Source: Chrysomallon squamiferum
Taxonomy: Eukaryota > Animalia > Mollusca
Reading direction: 5' to 3'
DNA: 64,000 nt
Assembly (NCBI GenBank): GCA_012295275.1
Contig: CM022670.1
Span: 19,282,001-19,346,000 of the forward strand
The translations under genes and the position numbers were made by a program. Under the pieces are notes generated by a model. It had not been told where the DNA came from and did not search any database. It worked only from the letters and a program-made list of their open reading frames with translations. This document shows, piece after piece, positions 40,601-55,600 of the stretch. Within the stretch, counting starts at the first letter, position 1. Every line of letters begins with the position of its first letter.

Positions 40601-43600
40601 TTTATATAACTTTATATTTCATAAACTAGTTATTCTCGGCTCAGTAACAGAAAGGCATTTTAAATCTGCAAATGCATATTGATAACATTTTGTTATCTTA
40701 TGTTTTAAGAAGGCATAGTAATGTAATTAAATTACTTTTATGTTTCAAATTAATTTTAAAACATTTTTTTTTTTTACAGGTTTTGTACACTGGTAAAGCC
40801 TCATCACTTGGCATAAAACAAGGTGGACCTTCTCCAGGCAAATGGGCTGAGCTAGCCATTACAAAGTCACCAAAGATTATTCAGATAGCTCTTGGCCATG
40901 ATGGACAGCATGCTTTGATGGTGTCTGAGGATGGAAGTGTATTTTTTGTAGGAACCTCCAGACGAGGAGAAGATGGTGATGCTGGTGTGTGTAAGTATTT
41001 TCTCAGATCAGTAATTCAGTTTTAATATTGCTGATATAAACAATCAGCCTAAATATATGTTATGTATTTCCAGGTGATTGTCTTGTGCTTTTTATATCTG
41101 CAATAAATATATTAACTATAGTTAAATGGAATTTTTAATTATTGTTTTTGGTGACAGCTAAGGCTCGGAGGCAACCGAAACCTGTCAAACCAAAGAAAAT
41201 GATCCGCTTGGATTCAAAGACTGTGATATATTCAGCCTGTAATAGTGGCAGTAGTGCTGTTGTTACCAAAGATGGAGATGTGTACATGTTTGGAAAGGAC
41301 ACTTACCATTGTGACCATGTTACAGGTATACATAAATAATTAGTTGTTATGATCTTTGGTTAATTGAAAGAAATAAAGCATAATTCTTCTATTTGTATGA
41401 CTAATTTAATGCATGTTTATTGGTTTTCAGACAACAAAATAAGTTAATAATATCTGTTGATTATTGATATTCATAGAAACACGAAAGTGATAAAATTGCT
41501 GTTGAAAATAATTTGGACACTCTTTTTCATTGGATTATTATTTTGCCAAAGATATTTGATTAAATGTTGTGGTTGTGAATAATTTTATTTTGTTTGTGAT
41601 CACACTGTTCCAAGCACCCTGCCAAATCCAAAAAAATATATTGGTGAATTTGATGTTTAAAATCATTGTTAAGGCACACCAACAAATTTCATTCTGTGAA
41701 GCCAGTCCTGGGAGAGTGGTGGTCCTCCTACAGGCGATGCAGGAAGGAAGAGATAGTGTTGGGTATACTTGTTTGACCCATGCATTCATCCTGAATAAGG
41801 ATAGTCCACCTCAGTGTGAACACTATCAGTGGACTCTGACAATGCGCCACATTTTGGTGGGTGTGGTCATCTTAGGCAGAAAAAAAAGGATATATTTTTT
41901 AGGTGGATGTGATCATCCATAAATTATAAAAATAGATATAGTGTGATACTTTCTGCACAGCCATTTGCGCAATGTTTTGACTGATTTTGGTTTTGAGTTT
42001 TTAAATAGAAGATGTTCACCATTTTGGTACATTTAACTTTGATACCCAATAGCCGATACATTATTTTATGCTGGGGTGTCATTAAACAGTCATTTATTCA
42101 TTCAGTTTTATTTTGAAATTATATAATAATGAAATAATGAAAGTCTTACATGTTATTAAAAACTTTCAGGTCAGGTTACAGAACTGAAAGATATAAACAT
42201 CACTCAGATTGCTCTTGGTAAAGCTCATGCCATTGCTTTGAGTAGCAAAGGACAGATTTACTCATATGGTATAAACAATAAAGGGCAGTGTGGACGAGAC
42301 TACAATCCAGGAGCTTCTAGGGAAGGTAACTGATTTTATGATTTTATGAATGTTTAAATTACTGATCATACATGGATATGCTATTGAAGGTTTACTACAA
42401 TAATAATCAAATTAAAATATATCAACAGAAATTGATACATAGAGTGGCATTACAGATGTATTTTAATTAATAACAATTCACTGAGCCAAAAAGAATAACT
42501 TGGTGAGATAGAGAATTTAAATATTGGCAGTAAATACTATATATTTAGATACAACAGTATTAAGTGATGAATTACATTTCAGGAAGTCATAATGTCAACA
42601 TGGCTGAGGAAGAAGAAGAGGCAGAAACGGAGGAATCTTTGTGTCCACCAGGTACTGTAACTTTTTAAATTATCAATCACATTAAAAAAAATATATATAA
42701 ACACATCCAGTACCCTCCTCAAAGGATCAAATCTCAGAAAAATACCCCCAAATAAACAAAAATAAAAAGTAATTTAAAAAGCTCATGTGTACTCCACATG
42801 TGTTATTTAAAAAAAAAAATAGTAAAATCTTTCAACTGACAAAATACAAAGATATTTATTTATTTTTATTTGAAATCTGCTGATTTTGTTCATGCCTGAG
42901 AGTTTTAGTAATTAATACAATATTTGGTTGGTCATAAAGTTTAACTTAATAGTCTTGATAATATTTTAACACACATTATACTTAATGAAGATAGTTTTTG
43001 TGATATAAATAGTTTTAAATAAAATTATTATTTTATTCTTCTACAGGTAAACACAGGTGGAAGCATGACCAGTGTATGGTGTGTGTGGTATGTGGGGAAT
43101 GCACTGGTTATGGATCAAGTTGTGTAAATAGTGGGAAACCTGACAGGCAGCCAGGATCGTAAGTATATCTATTTATTATTTCAAATGACAGTTTCACATC
43201 TGCTTATTTCTTTTCAATTTATAATAGTAAGGAGCACATGCTTTTGGTCTGTATACCGTATTTTAGAGTAGCCTTTAGGGTAACAGTTTTGCTTATTTCT
43301 TTTTCTTCTATCTTTACATAATAACATGACTGAAACAACAGAAATGTGTATCATTAAACATTATTGTATTTGATTTTCTTTTTCTGTTGTGGATGTTTTC
43401 ACTTGCTATGGCATTTTTAGTTAATTTAATTGAAAAGTAATGATTTGCTTGCAGACAATGTGGCTGTGGTATTGGAGATGCCGGGTGTGCAGTTTGTGGA
43501 GTGTGCAGTTCATGTGGAGGAGACAGACTGGACTTAGATGAACTTGATGAAAGAGGCCTTCTTGAGGTTTTTGCAAAGGGAAAAGAAATTTTACCACTGG

Positions 43601-46600
43601 ACATTCTTATTTGTGAGTTTTGTATCATTTAATAAAATGATAGGTGAAACAGTGTTATTTTGTCCTTCACTTTTATTAAATATTTTAATTACATTTTTAT
43701 TTGAATAATAGTTATAAAAAAACCAAAAAAATCTGTGGATATAAGGCATAAATAATATTGATTTTGTATAAAGATAATAGTGCAGCGAAATTACTTAACA
43801 GAATGTTTATAAAAAATGAAATGAAAATAAAAAAGGTAGACTATTAATTTGTTTGTTTTTTTAGCTGCCCGTCATGATGTGAGACATATAGAACAGCTTG
43901 GGAGGAAAGTAGAGCAGCAGCAGATTAAATTGAGGAAAGTTCAGCAAAAACTTGCTAAAGAGAAAAAGCAAAGAGGTAGTTATTATGTTGATATATTTAA
44001 AAACCTACAAATGAAAGGGAAAAAAGCAAAGTGGCAGTTATTATGTTAATATATTCAAACACTTACAAAAGAGAGGAAAAATAGAAAGTTTTATTGTATT
44101 AATATACTCAAAAACATAAATGAAAAACCCAAAGTAATAACTTGTTATTAGATAGTTATTATTAGAAATTTCAATATCTGAAGCCTCTCTGCAATAGAAC
44201 ATTTCAGTGATTGCCAATATAACTTTCAGGTGATGATGGAGATCCAGAAAAGGAATATCCTAAGTTAGTAAGCCTGCTTCCTGCAGAAGTTGTTGTTGGA
44301 AATGGAGATGTACCTGTGTCTCAAATAGCCTGTGGTCAGCATCACACTGGTAGGTTTCTTCTGTATGTTGAAGATGTGAAATGTAATATTAATTTGTTTA
44401 AAAATACATGACTCTTTAGTATGTGTGTATGTGTGTTTGTGTCTCTATCTATAAAAAATTTAGATTGCATTTAATTTGATTTTTTAATTAAAAGTTATAT
44501 CCACTTTAAAAATTTTAAAAAAAATTTGGGCATGAAATTAATAATCAGGCATGTAGCATTATAGAGCTTTATTTTATCAAGTAGAGTGGGAAAGAAAATA
44601 ATCATTTTTCTAATTTTTATTTTTTTATTTATAGTTGTTCTTTTGCAAAATGGAGATGTGTATACTTTTGGCAGCAACCACCAAGGTCAGCTTGGACAAG
44701 GAGATCTACACATTAGGTAACCTACACAGTTCAATAAACTATTTTTTTCTCTAATAATATATGCCCTTTAATAATGTTAATTTGGATATGATATGATTGG
44801 AAAGGACATCTGTTCTCTTTTTCTTCACCTTTGTTAAATACTAAACTGCAAGTATAATGCTGTGCATTAAAGTGATTTAAGATTTCATTATTGTAAAAGT
44901 CCAGTGTAATGGAGCATTTTGTGATTATCATATAATTAATCTTTATTCAAAAACATTATTAAATTTTACTTTTTATTTTAATAGAATTTTACAACAAAAT
45001 AATAATATGGAAAGTGTACAAAATATATTGACACTATTTATTTTAATACTTGTTAAAAATCTTTTTTCATAGAATACAACTGTAGATTAGCATCTGTAAA
45101 CAAAGGAATCCTTGAAAAAAACTAAATGTATTTAGACTCTTTGTTTTACTAACCACTCATACAGTTTTGATGTTTGTTTTTAACAGAGGAAGTCCCACAA
45201 AGGTACCTCTACCAAGTCCAGCCATTCAGATAGCAGCTGGCAGTCACCATACAGTCATTTTACTTGCTAGTGGTCAAGTCTTCACTTGTGGAAATTTTCA
45301 AGTATTTATTTCTGTTTCTACATTTGTGACAATTTCATTTTTTACTGAAGTATAGTAATTTGTTTTGTCAGTATTTTAGACATTTTAAATTAACTTTAAA
45401 TGAATCATGACAGATTTGTCAATTGTTAAGGTATATATTTTCTACTGTCTACGATAACGTATTTATGGAGTGAAAAGAGCTGTGCTTTGAATGCCATTAT
45501 TTACTTTTCTCTTTGTAATATCATGTTATAAGAAATATGCAATTTTACAGTAATAAATGATGATATTAAAATGTGGTACTAAAAATAGCTATATTTATTC
45601 ATATTTCAATAATTTCAGTTAATAGTAACAGAAATAAAGATTACAATTAAATATCTTTTGTTTGATTAACAGAAAGGGTCATTGGGAAGATCTGGTTCTG
45701 ATGAGTCAGTTAAGAGTAAGAAACTGTACTGGTATGCAGTTGCCAGACCTGTACCTGGAGTTGGTGTGTATATTAGTAAAAAGAACTGAAATTATTTCAT
45801 ACATATCAAATCTTGGTTTGAGACTTTTACATATAGGCTGTTTGTTGAAAATTGAAAAAATTTAAAATTTAAATTTTTTGTTTATTTTTCTTATGTTTCT
45901 GTTGTATACTTAGAATAATCAGAGAAAATGAGTGAAAAAAAAAATCACAGAATATATTTTTGGAAAGTTTATAAGAAGGTTATGGCAAATAAAGTATAAA
46001 TGTAAAGTATCAGTTTTAATTACTATACTGATTAAAAGAAATTTCATGTTTGTCTTTTTTCTTGTTGAATAGTTCAAATTGTATTTTGTCACAGGGGCAA
46101 AATTTGGTTGTCGAGCTACATGGATTGGAGCTAGTGGTGATCAGACATATATGAGGATAGATGAGTCTCTGATAAATGCTCACAATCTGGCCAGATCTAA
46201 TATATTTGCCAGCCAGACCTGTATAGGTAACATTTTGAGATGCTCTTAAAGAATATTAGATATTAAATATATTAGTGACAAACTTTATATTTAAAAAAAT
46301 TCTTTTTAGTGAAAAAGGAGTTATATATACTCAAGTCACACTTTATCAGAAATGTGATAAAACTTTGGCATCAGTATAAGCTGAATGTAAAGTCTTTAAA
46401 TGAAGTTCACTTAAACCTTGGAATTTTAGTTGTCATAATAATGTATAAAATGTTATAACAAAATACTCAGTTCATGGCTGTAGTACTTAATAACTGTTAG
46501 TAATGACTGATATTTTGATTATAACCATATTGGTAAATTTGAACATTATTTTTAAATTCAATATTGTTAAACATTTGAATTCTGAAGCATCATTGTTTTC

Positions 46601-49600
46601 TTGTTTCAGGTCTCATTCCCAAAGGTGAAGACAATGTTGGCATGATGAAGTGTCTAATGATACAGAAGGCAGATGGCAGCTGCAAAAGGTATAAGAAAAT
46701 AATAAGTTATAGTTCTTAAATGGTAATTATTCTGTTTAAATTTGACAAAAAAACAATTTTGTATATTATATAGTTTATAGTACATATTATTAATTCAAGC
46801 AGCTATTCTTAGTCCAGAAAAAAATAAATTTGGTAATGGTGATGATGGTTATTATTTTAAGATTATTATTTTTACAGTTTCAGTGATCCTGACCAGGCTG
46901 ATCTCAGCAGCCAAGCAGTTTGCATGGATCCTGTATATGATGTTTTGTGGGGGTAGGTGTTTTTATATAATATACATCTGAATTTATTATATTATTAAAT
47001 GATTACAAGTTCCAGTCTAGTTAGATTAAACAAAAGATAAATCAGACATTTTTATAGTAAATTTAATTCTATTATTGTGGTTTTATGGGACTGATGTATT
47101 AATAATATTGCATTTAGGCATAAAAACAAGGTTTTTCGATAGAGATTTAAGTCATGGAAATAATAAAATATTAAGTGCACTGAATCACCATTTCTATACC
47201 AATCTTAAAAAACATTAATATGGTACATTAATTCAGAATTTTTTTTTATCACTGAATTTTTTATGCATTCATACAGACATATATGTTTCTTATATGTTTT
47301 ACAAACATTACCAGGTACAACCCACAGACTCACAAGGTGAATTGCTACAATGTCCTGTTTACTGAGGCACGAGATTTGAAAGTTGTGAATCCAAGCTACT
47401 GCAATCATTTCAGTCCTGAAATAGCTGTTCCAGTGAGATTTGGTGCTGTAGCCAGCAGATCACATTGTGCCCTCCACATGCTCAGTAAGCACATCTGTTT
47501 TATCTCTTGTTGATCTGTTTCTGTTATCTTAGAGTGTCATTCCTTATCATAAAACAATATATGGATTGAATTTTTATAGTGTTTCTGTTATATTTCATTT
47601 GTTGAATAAGAATTATATTATGAAGTTAGTAAAAGTATATGTACTTATATTTTTGTGTTTATTTGTATGTTTGTATGTACACGTTTTAGAGAGTGTGATT
47701 GTGTGTGTGTGTGTGTGTGTTTGTGTATCTGTATCTATATCTGTCTTTCTATCTACATCTATATCTATATATCTCTCTAAGTTAATTTTTTGTTTAGGCT
47801 GTTTGGACACCTTGACAGTTTGTCAGCAGTTAAACATGACTGTAGTTGAAGAAACCAAAGAGAAACAATCAAGTTCCAAGATTTACATCAAAGAGGATTA
47901 TTCTGTTGTGAACCGATTTGACAGTAAGCAACATTTCAGATCTCTACTAAAGCCTAGTTATAATGCCATTTCAGTAGTTCTTTTTTGTAATTTAATGCAT
48001 CATGGAAATCCTGGAAAGTATTGGAATTTTTTGGTTATAAATTCTAGGCCTGAATGTGGAATTAAGATAGTTCATAATAGAGATTATTGACCTGCAGTTT
48101 CTTCAACTTTCGAATGATAAAAATTAGTAGATAAGATAACAATTATTTTGAAACTTTCTTTCAGGTCATGGTGGTGGTTGGGGTTATTCTGGTCACAGTG
48201 TTGAGGCAGTCAGATTCAGCTGTGACACAGATGTTTTAATTGGGGGTTTTGGACTTTTTGGAGGAAGAGGAGAGTATGTTGGCAGAATTAAGGTACTCTT
48301 TCACTTGTCTTCATTTAGAAAAAGCAGTATCAATTGAAAACAATATCTGCTTTGGCAGTATGAGATTTAGATTCTTAAATTTATTAAAAAAAAGATTTGA
48401 AAACATAAAGAAATTAATGCTTTTCACTGACATCTTTTTATGGCATTTACAAATCTAATGTCTAATCATATTTTAGTTTTGGACATATACTTCTGTTAAT
48501 TTTTCTTGATCAAGCCTACCTACATGATTTTTGTTCTGACAGATATTTGAGCTTGGAATAGATGGAGGTGAAAATGAAACTGATGGTGAACTTCTAGCAG
48601 AAACTGATGAAATTCCATTTGAATGTGGTGCAAGGTCAGTTGTGTTGGATTATGCTATATTTCATTTTAAAATGTATCATAAATACTTAAAAAGTTTAAA
48701 AACAAAGCAAAAAACTCCCTCCCACTGAAATTCTGAAATTAAAGAAATAATATATTATAAAATGTTATAGATGGCAATATAAGAGATCATAAAATTAGCT
48801 ATATTTGTTTTAGTTTTTAAATGTAAAGGGTCTTCTGTAAGATGCATTTTGTAACTGATAATTTTCTTACCTATCAGGTTCTTAATTTATTTCAGAGAAA
48901 AATATTCCATGCTATTTGAGGAACCAGTAGCAATACAAGCAAATAACTGGTATGTAGCCTGGGCAAGAATTTCTGGACCTAGCAGTGATTGTGGTTCCAG
49001 TGGACGATCGTCTGTTACCACTGATGATCAGTGAGTTTTTAGAAAAATATTGCTTAATAAACATATTTTTAATATGCTCTGATTTTACAGTATGTCTGTT
49101 ATAATACAAACAAAACACATTACTAAATACAACACAAAGTAATTCAAATTGTAATTGACACAGATCTTTCTTAATTATGATGTATGCAGTGATGGAAGAG
49201 CATTAGAAGAAGCATACTCATTATGGGATATTATGACTATAAATGGAAACAAATCTGAAAATTATTTGTTTATTATTTTGTTTTAGAAATGCACTTCTAG
49301 AGTTTAAAGGTATTCACAGAAATGTCTTGATGCAAAATAAAGTATTTACTTTTGTCATCTGCACCAAGAAGAAGGTGTTTTGATCTTCACTTGTAGCTGT
49401 TAAGTGTATCTTATTATCTCTGTTTAGAATTGTCTTCAAGTTCAAAAGTTCAAAGAAATCTAACAACGGAACTGATGTTAATGCTGGCCAAATACCACAA
49501 CTTTTGTACAGGTTTGAATATTTTTTTAATATTATTAGTACCATTCACAACTAACATTATTAAATAACAGGTTCATTAACTGTCAGGTTAAAAAAACCAC

Positions 49601-52600
49601 AAAAAAACCCCACTACAATTTTAATATGTAAAATAAATAAATTATTATGAAATTTATCAGTAATAGTACTGTGTAGTGTTAAATAAATCAAACAGTTGTA
49701 TGAATATGAAGAAATAGTTATTGGAATAAAATAATGTAAGATTTCATTTCTGTATTAATTCTTTGCTGTTATCATTTTTTTTTCCATATCATTATTTAAA
49801 CCTTACATTACTCTAAGTTATGTTTTCATCATACATTTTTAGACTGCCATCACGAGACAGTCCTGGTGTTATCAGAAGAAATGAACTCATTGATGTTGCT
49901 CACATTCTCAGCCAGGATTTCTCACATTCTGTAACTCCAGTAAGCTTTCTTTCATTTATTTCATTAAGATCTTTTTGCTGAGGATAGGAAATTATAAATA
50001 GTTTCATTATAAGTAAATATAACAAAACATTGCCAAAAATTCAAGAAATTTACATTTTAGTTTTATATAGGTGAGTATTCTAAAAACATTACAGAGCTTA
50101 GAAGCTTTGGTTTAACTTTAAGAAATTATTAGATGAAAAACAGTTTTCAATTTAAAAAATAAACTGATTTTATAGCAAAGTCTGGAAGCCTTGCTGCAGC
50201 TGCTGGAGTGGGGCTGGACAACCTTTCACACATCAGTACGGGAAATAGATGGTTTGAAGGGCATTCACTTCACTGCTGCTGTTACTGAGCTACACAGACT
50301 TGTCTACATCTGTAAAGCTTGCCTCAGACTCATCAAGATCTACATCAATGAAGTCTATCCTGATGGTGGTATACATTCATACATATATATATAAATAAAT
50401 ATAAACATTAAAATTTCTATATATAATTTTTTTTAACTATATTTTACAATACAAATAAAGCCAGTGTATTTGTTTTTTTAAATAAAATTACTATTAATTA
50501 TTAATTTAAAAAATATATATTTTCAGTGACAAAAAAGAAGTATCCAATGGAAACAACTGAATTAGCTGAACGTATAGGAAATACATGTGATCTTCTAAGG
50601 CGAGTGTTGGCTGATGAGTTCTACTCGTCAAAGTTTGAAGTGTTTCTCACTGAACCAGTTTCACTCACAGACTATCAGAACTTACGTGAGGAAATCCTTC
50701 TTGAGTGTCATGAGACTTTTAAATCATGTTTTCATGCATTTTATCCCACTGGGAACCTCAAATGGTGGTGTTTGTGTGATTTACTTTGTCAGATTGAACC
50801 GGTAAGAAAACAAATTATTCTGAAGGTAAAAGCATTATAAATCTTTGTGCATTTTAATTAGATGTATATTTGTATTTTATTTAATTTCCTTAATTTTTGT
50901 ATTTATTTATTTATTTTATATTTACTTTGAATGTGCTGTATTTGTTTTTCCTAATGGTGTTTTTAAAGTGTTAAATAGTTTAATAATGAAAATATACTAA
51001 CAAGCAATAATTATTAAAAATTACTTATTATTCTGTGAAAGTCAGTTTAATATCATCAATTTAATTTGTTTTGTAAATAAAAACAACAAATGAAACATAA
51101 AGTACCATATAACGTTATATAAAACAAAATCTTAAAATATAAATATATATTAGACATTTTGTTGAACTTATTGTTTTTTAGAGAAATTAAAAAAATGATT
51201 TTAAAAAGTTAATGATTTTATGTTTTGAATAAGTAAACTAACTGAAAATATTGAAAATTATTTATAAAAGGATTTACTGTGTTGTGTATACACATTTTTA
51301 CTGGTAACTAAAAAATGTTAAAAAACAACAACATATATATATATATATTTTTTTTAACAGTTGAAGGAGTTAATAAGTTATTCATCTGTATTGTTTTAAT
51401 AAGTAAACTAATAAAAAAAAAGTTAAAATTAACAATTTAAAGAATTAAACATTTGCTGAGATATGTACATATATTTTAAGAAGTAAACAAGAAATGCCAT
51501 TCTGTGTGCTGTGTTTACTACCCTTTTTGTTTCATGTTATTTTTTTGCTCAACATTTACCCTCCTGATTTGCAGATACTAGAATTTAGTCCAAATAAACC
51601 TGTGAAGAAGGTTTGTATGTACATGTAGTTGTACTGGCTTCACTAACACTGGCTGTTATTTTATTATGATTATTATTTTATTTAAGCATGTTATCTGTAT
51701 TATGTTCAGCTTTATGGAAGCTGAGGTTTTGCCAAGTCTTCATAATTAAAAAAACATTTTAAGTTTACAATTTAAATCCACAGAATTTTGTTTCTGTTGG
51801 AACCATCCAAAGAAATATATTTTGTTTTCTTACTGTTATTTGTTTATTAGGTTTTTGTGTTTTGATTTTTTGATTTTTAAATTGCAGTGTGTCAGTTAAT
51901 GGCAAAATAAAATTTCTGCCTAAACTTAGTTAAATGTTAAAAAAAACAAAAAAAAACAATTGTCCACAAAGTGATCTTTTAGATCTGTATGTATATACAT
52001 TCTGTTTATTAATATTACATTATCAAACTGAGATATTTGTAGCATGATTTTTAATTCACTGCTTACATGTATGCATCACCAATGGTATTGTTCTTTTTTC
52101 ATTTCAGTGTAAATTCCTTGTGAGTCTCATCATACTTTTATCTTGCCCATATATCAAAATTAATTTAAAATTGTTTTTATTCCTCTTTTTATATCATCCT
52201 ACCTTGATTAGACCTAACATTATTTTAATATGTAATTACTTTAAAATGATCCACCTGCATCTACCCCCAAAACCCCCCCACCAAACAACAACTTATGCTG
52301 AAATAAGGCTGAACTTGAAGTTTAAACAGATAAATTATTTACATATATATCTTTCCTGTTCTTACTACTAATTATTTATACCACTGTATATTTAAATTAT
52401 TTATGTGAATAATGGTTGATGTCTTTTAGATAATTTTAATTATACATTTATAAGGAAATGGGGATTAAATTTATTAAGATGTCTAAAACAGATTTTTACA
52501 GAAATTGTAACTGGTAAGAAGAGATCAAGCCTTAAGAAATTTCTTAAAACAATAACAACAGTAGTAATATTAATTTGGTTATGGGCTTAGAAGTAAAACA

Positions 52601-55600
52601 TAGCTAACCTGTGAATAACCAGAGGGGTGTAACAATAAATATCTGAGTAGTAATTTATTATAATGTTAATAAAGTAATAATGGTGATTAACACTGGTGCA
52701 GAATTAACATTTTTTTTTAATGGATATTTCAAGAAGTACTTTAAAATTCAACTATGCTCATGTGTCTTGAACTTTAAACCTGTAGAAACAAAGCATTAAC
52801 ATATCATGTGAATGTGTAAAAAAAAAAAAAAAAATTATATCAGTAATGAAAATGTTACTTAAGAAGATAATTTCTGTTTATGATTCCCATATTTATCCTG
52901 AAAGAAAATGGTTTACTTTTGTTAAGCATATGTTTTTTGTAATGTTTGTTGAAATTGTTTTGATTTGTTCTTTGAAACTTTAAAATTATTTTATTTTGTT
53001 CTTATCTTACCTTACTTGAGTATAATGAATAGTGTTTTCCAGTAATTTCTATGATGTTAAAATTTACATACCAGTTTCTTTTCCTGTTTCAGGATATCAA
53101 GATTTTTAATTTCTAATCTTAATGTCATTGACATATTCATATTATAACTTTACTGCAGGGAATGCCAAATGTAAGTGGTGTTGGACGTCTTCTGGCTGCT
53201 GTAATGGAAGCCCTGTGCCATCCAGCAGTTAAACTGACCAGCATAATGCCCATCAACTGTGAACCAGAGGCTGAAGAAGTACTAAGAAGACAGTCGCTCT
53301 GTATGGATGACAACACTAACAGTCAGGCTAGACTTAACGAGATGCATAAGTATCCTGTATTAGCCAGTCACATGAGCTGCAGGATGGAGGTAACATAGCA
53401 TATGATAATACTGTAGCAAAAAACTCTAAAATTTGTATGTTTCAGGTGTTGAAAATAAGGCTTGTAATTATCTATGTGGTGAAAAGAGCTTTAATATTTA
53501 CTGAATAATTATACTAGCAGTTTGTTTCTTTATAAAAGTTGACAATGATTGCCTTATTTACAAGCATGTGAATCACAACACATCATTAGAATGTGTAAAC
53601 ATTTTGTGTTAAATTTGAATATTGCTAACTTTAATGTAATAAGATTTTTAAAAAAGATTTTCAAGCAAGTCAGAATATATTCACATTGTCTGCAAAACTG
53701 CTTTTACATACCCACCTCTTGTTGAAAATAATATTCATGTTTACATTTTTGATAGAGGTTACTTCTTTTAAAATTATTTTGTTATAATAAAATGGATTGT
53801 ATTGCAGGTTGACAGTTTTGGATGGGGCAGTCACATCACATTTAAAGAGGTTCTGGATCACCTTCTGATGATTGTTGCTCTGCCAGTACGACAGGCTCTT
53901 AGCAAAGATACACCAACATTCCCAACCTCATTAGTGATTAACACATGTGCTTTGATGACCTCCATCATTAGTGAACTGGCAGCTTCTGCTACAGGATTAG
54001 AGGTTAATGAATGACAAAAACTGTCTGTTGTATATGTTACATTTATTAGTTTTATAAGTGTTATTGTTTTTATGAAACAGACAAATATAATACTTCAAAT
54101 GATAAATGTAAATACAGGCTGAAGATCCCTTATCTGTAATGTTTGGATTTCATAATTTAGGGGGTTTGGGAATATAAGGAGATAACATGAAATCCATTTA
54201 CAGTTTATATGTAGCCAATACAGATAGCTTGCAAGTATTTTAAAATAATATATGCGTTTTTTTATTATTATTTTTTAAAATAATTTTATGAAATTGTATG
54301 CTAAACCATTTGAACATTACACATATCAATGACTCAGTGACTTAAAAAAGCTTCAGATTTTGGAAATTTGAATTATGATCTGTATGCATCTTGGAAGAGA
54401 ACCTATTTTCATACAGTCAGACATTACTAAATTGCACAAGCAGTCCTTTTGAAAAGAGCCTTCTGCAACTAGCCCATATCCACATTGTGAATGTATATGT
54501 AAATAAATATTAATTTTTGATTTTAGATTGACTTCAACACTACATCAAGGCCACTGCTTGTTACACCTAACCGTTTCACTCGAACAAGTCAGGGTGCTTA
54601 CTGGAACACAGGAAATGGAAGCCCAGATGCAGTGGCTTTCTCAGTAGATCGGCCAGGAATTATCATAGCTGGTGTCTGTCTTTATGGTGGTGGAGGGCAG
54701 TATGACTTTGAAGTTGAACTTCTTGATGAAGTATGTTTCTGTTACTTAATATATTTATATTTATGTGTAATATTCAATGAAATTTATTGTTTTTTTCCTA
54801 AGAACTTGCATAATTGAAGTTACTCACTGTTGAAGATAGTTAGCTATGTGAAAAATATACCACTACGTGTTTCTTCTTTGAAAAATATAAATCTATTTTG
54901 TTACATATCAGTCAAAATGTTAATTTTTTTTGTTTTCAAGTTTTATATTTAAAATTAAATCTACCTGTTGAATTATTTACTGCAGCAGCCTGGTGACGGA
55001 GCTCAGGATCTTTCTCATCATCATCGCTGGAATAGTCTAGAGGTTGTGCGAGGAACTTATAAACCAGAAGACTGTGTCAATGATATAGCTGAAATAAAGT
55101 TTGATAGACCAGTTCCACTCAAAGTAAATAAAATTATGTATTATTTTTATATTAAGCTGATTAGAGCAGAAACAGATATTTTGAAGAATAAGAATTAAGT
55201 TATGATTAAAACTGAGAAATTAAAAATATGTCATATACATAGAACCATTTGAAAGAAAGTTAAGAGTAATGTAACCAGTTATATTAAAATGCATTTAGTT
55301 CCAAATTTAATATTTGAATTAATTATTTTCTAGTTTTCTTTTCTGTTTTTTTACAGAATATTTTATAAATCATTCCACTAGTGGCTTTTACTGTAAATTA
55401 GAATAAATAAGTGGAAAACCTTTTTTTTGTTGTTACATTTGTTTTGTCAAAATGTGTTTTGGTTAACACATTTTCTTTTTTCCATTACAGGAGAATGTGA
55501 AATATGCTCTAAAATTAAAGAATTATGGTCCAAGGACATTAAATGGAGATGGGGGAATCAGCAAAGTCAAAGCATCTGATGGAACAACCTTCACCTTTAC

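Noticed and set aside
49175-49290. Possible C/D snoRNA or extra exon in intron 31
   Set aside because: Both C-box candidates (ATGATGT, GTGATGG) are imperfect; read as an exon it reaches TAG with no donor and would interrupt PHR1
53081-53158. Alternative upstream acceptor for exon 36 (TTTCAG ending 53092)
   Set aside because: The extension contains an in-frame TAA
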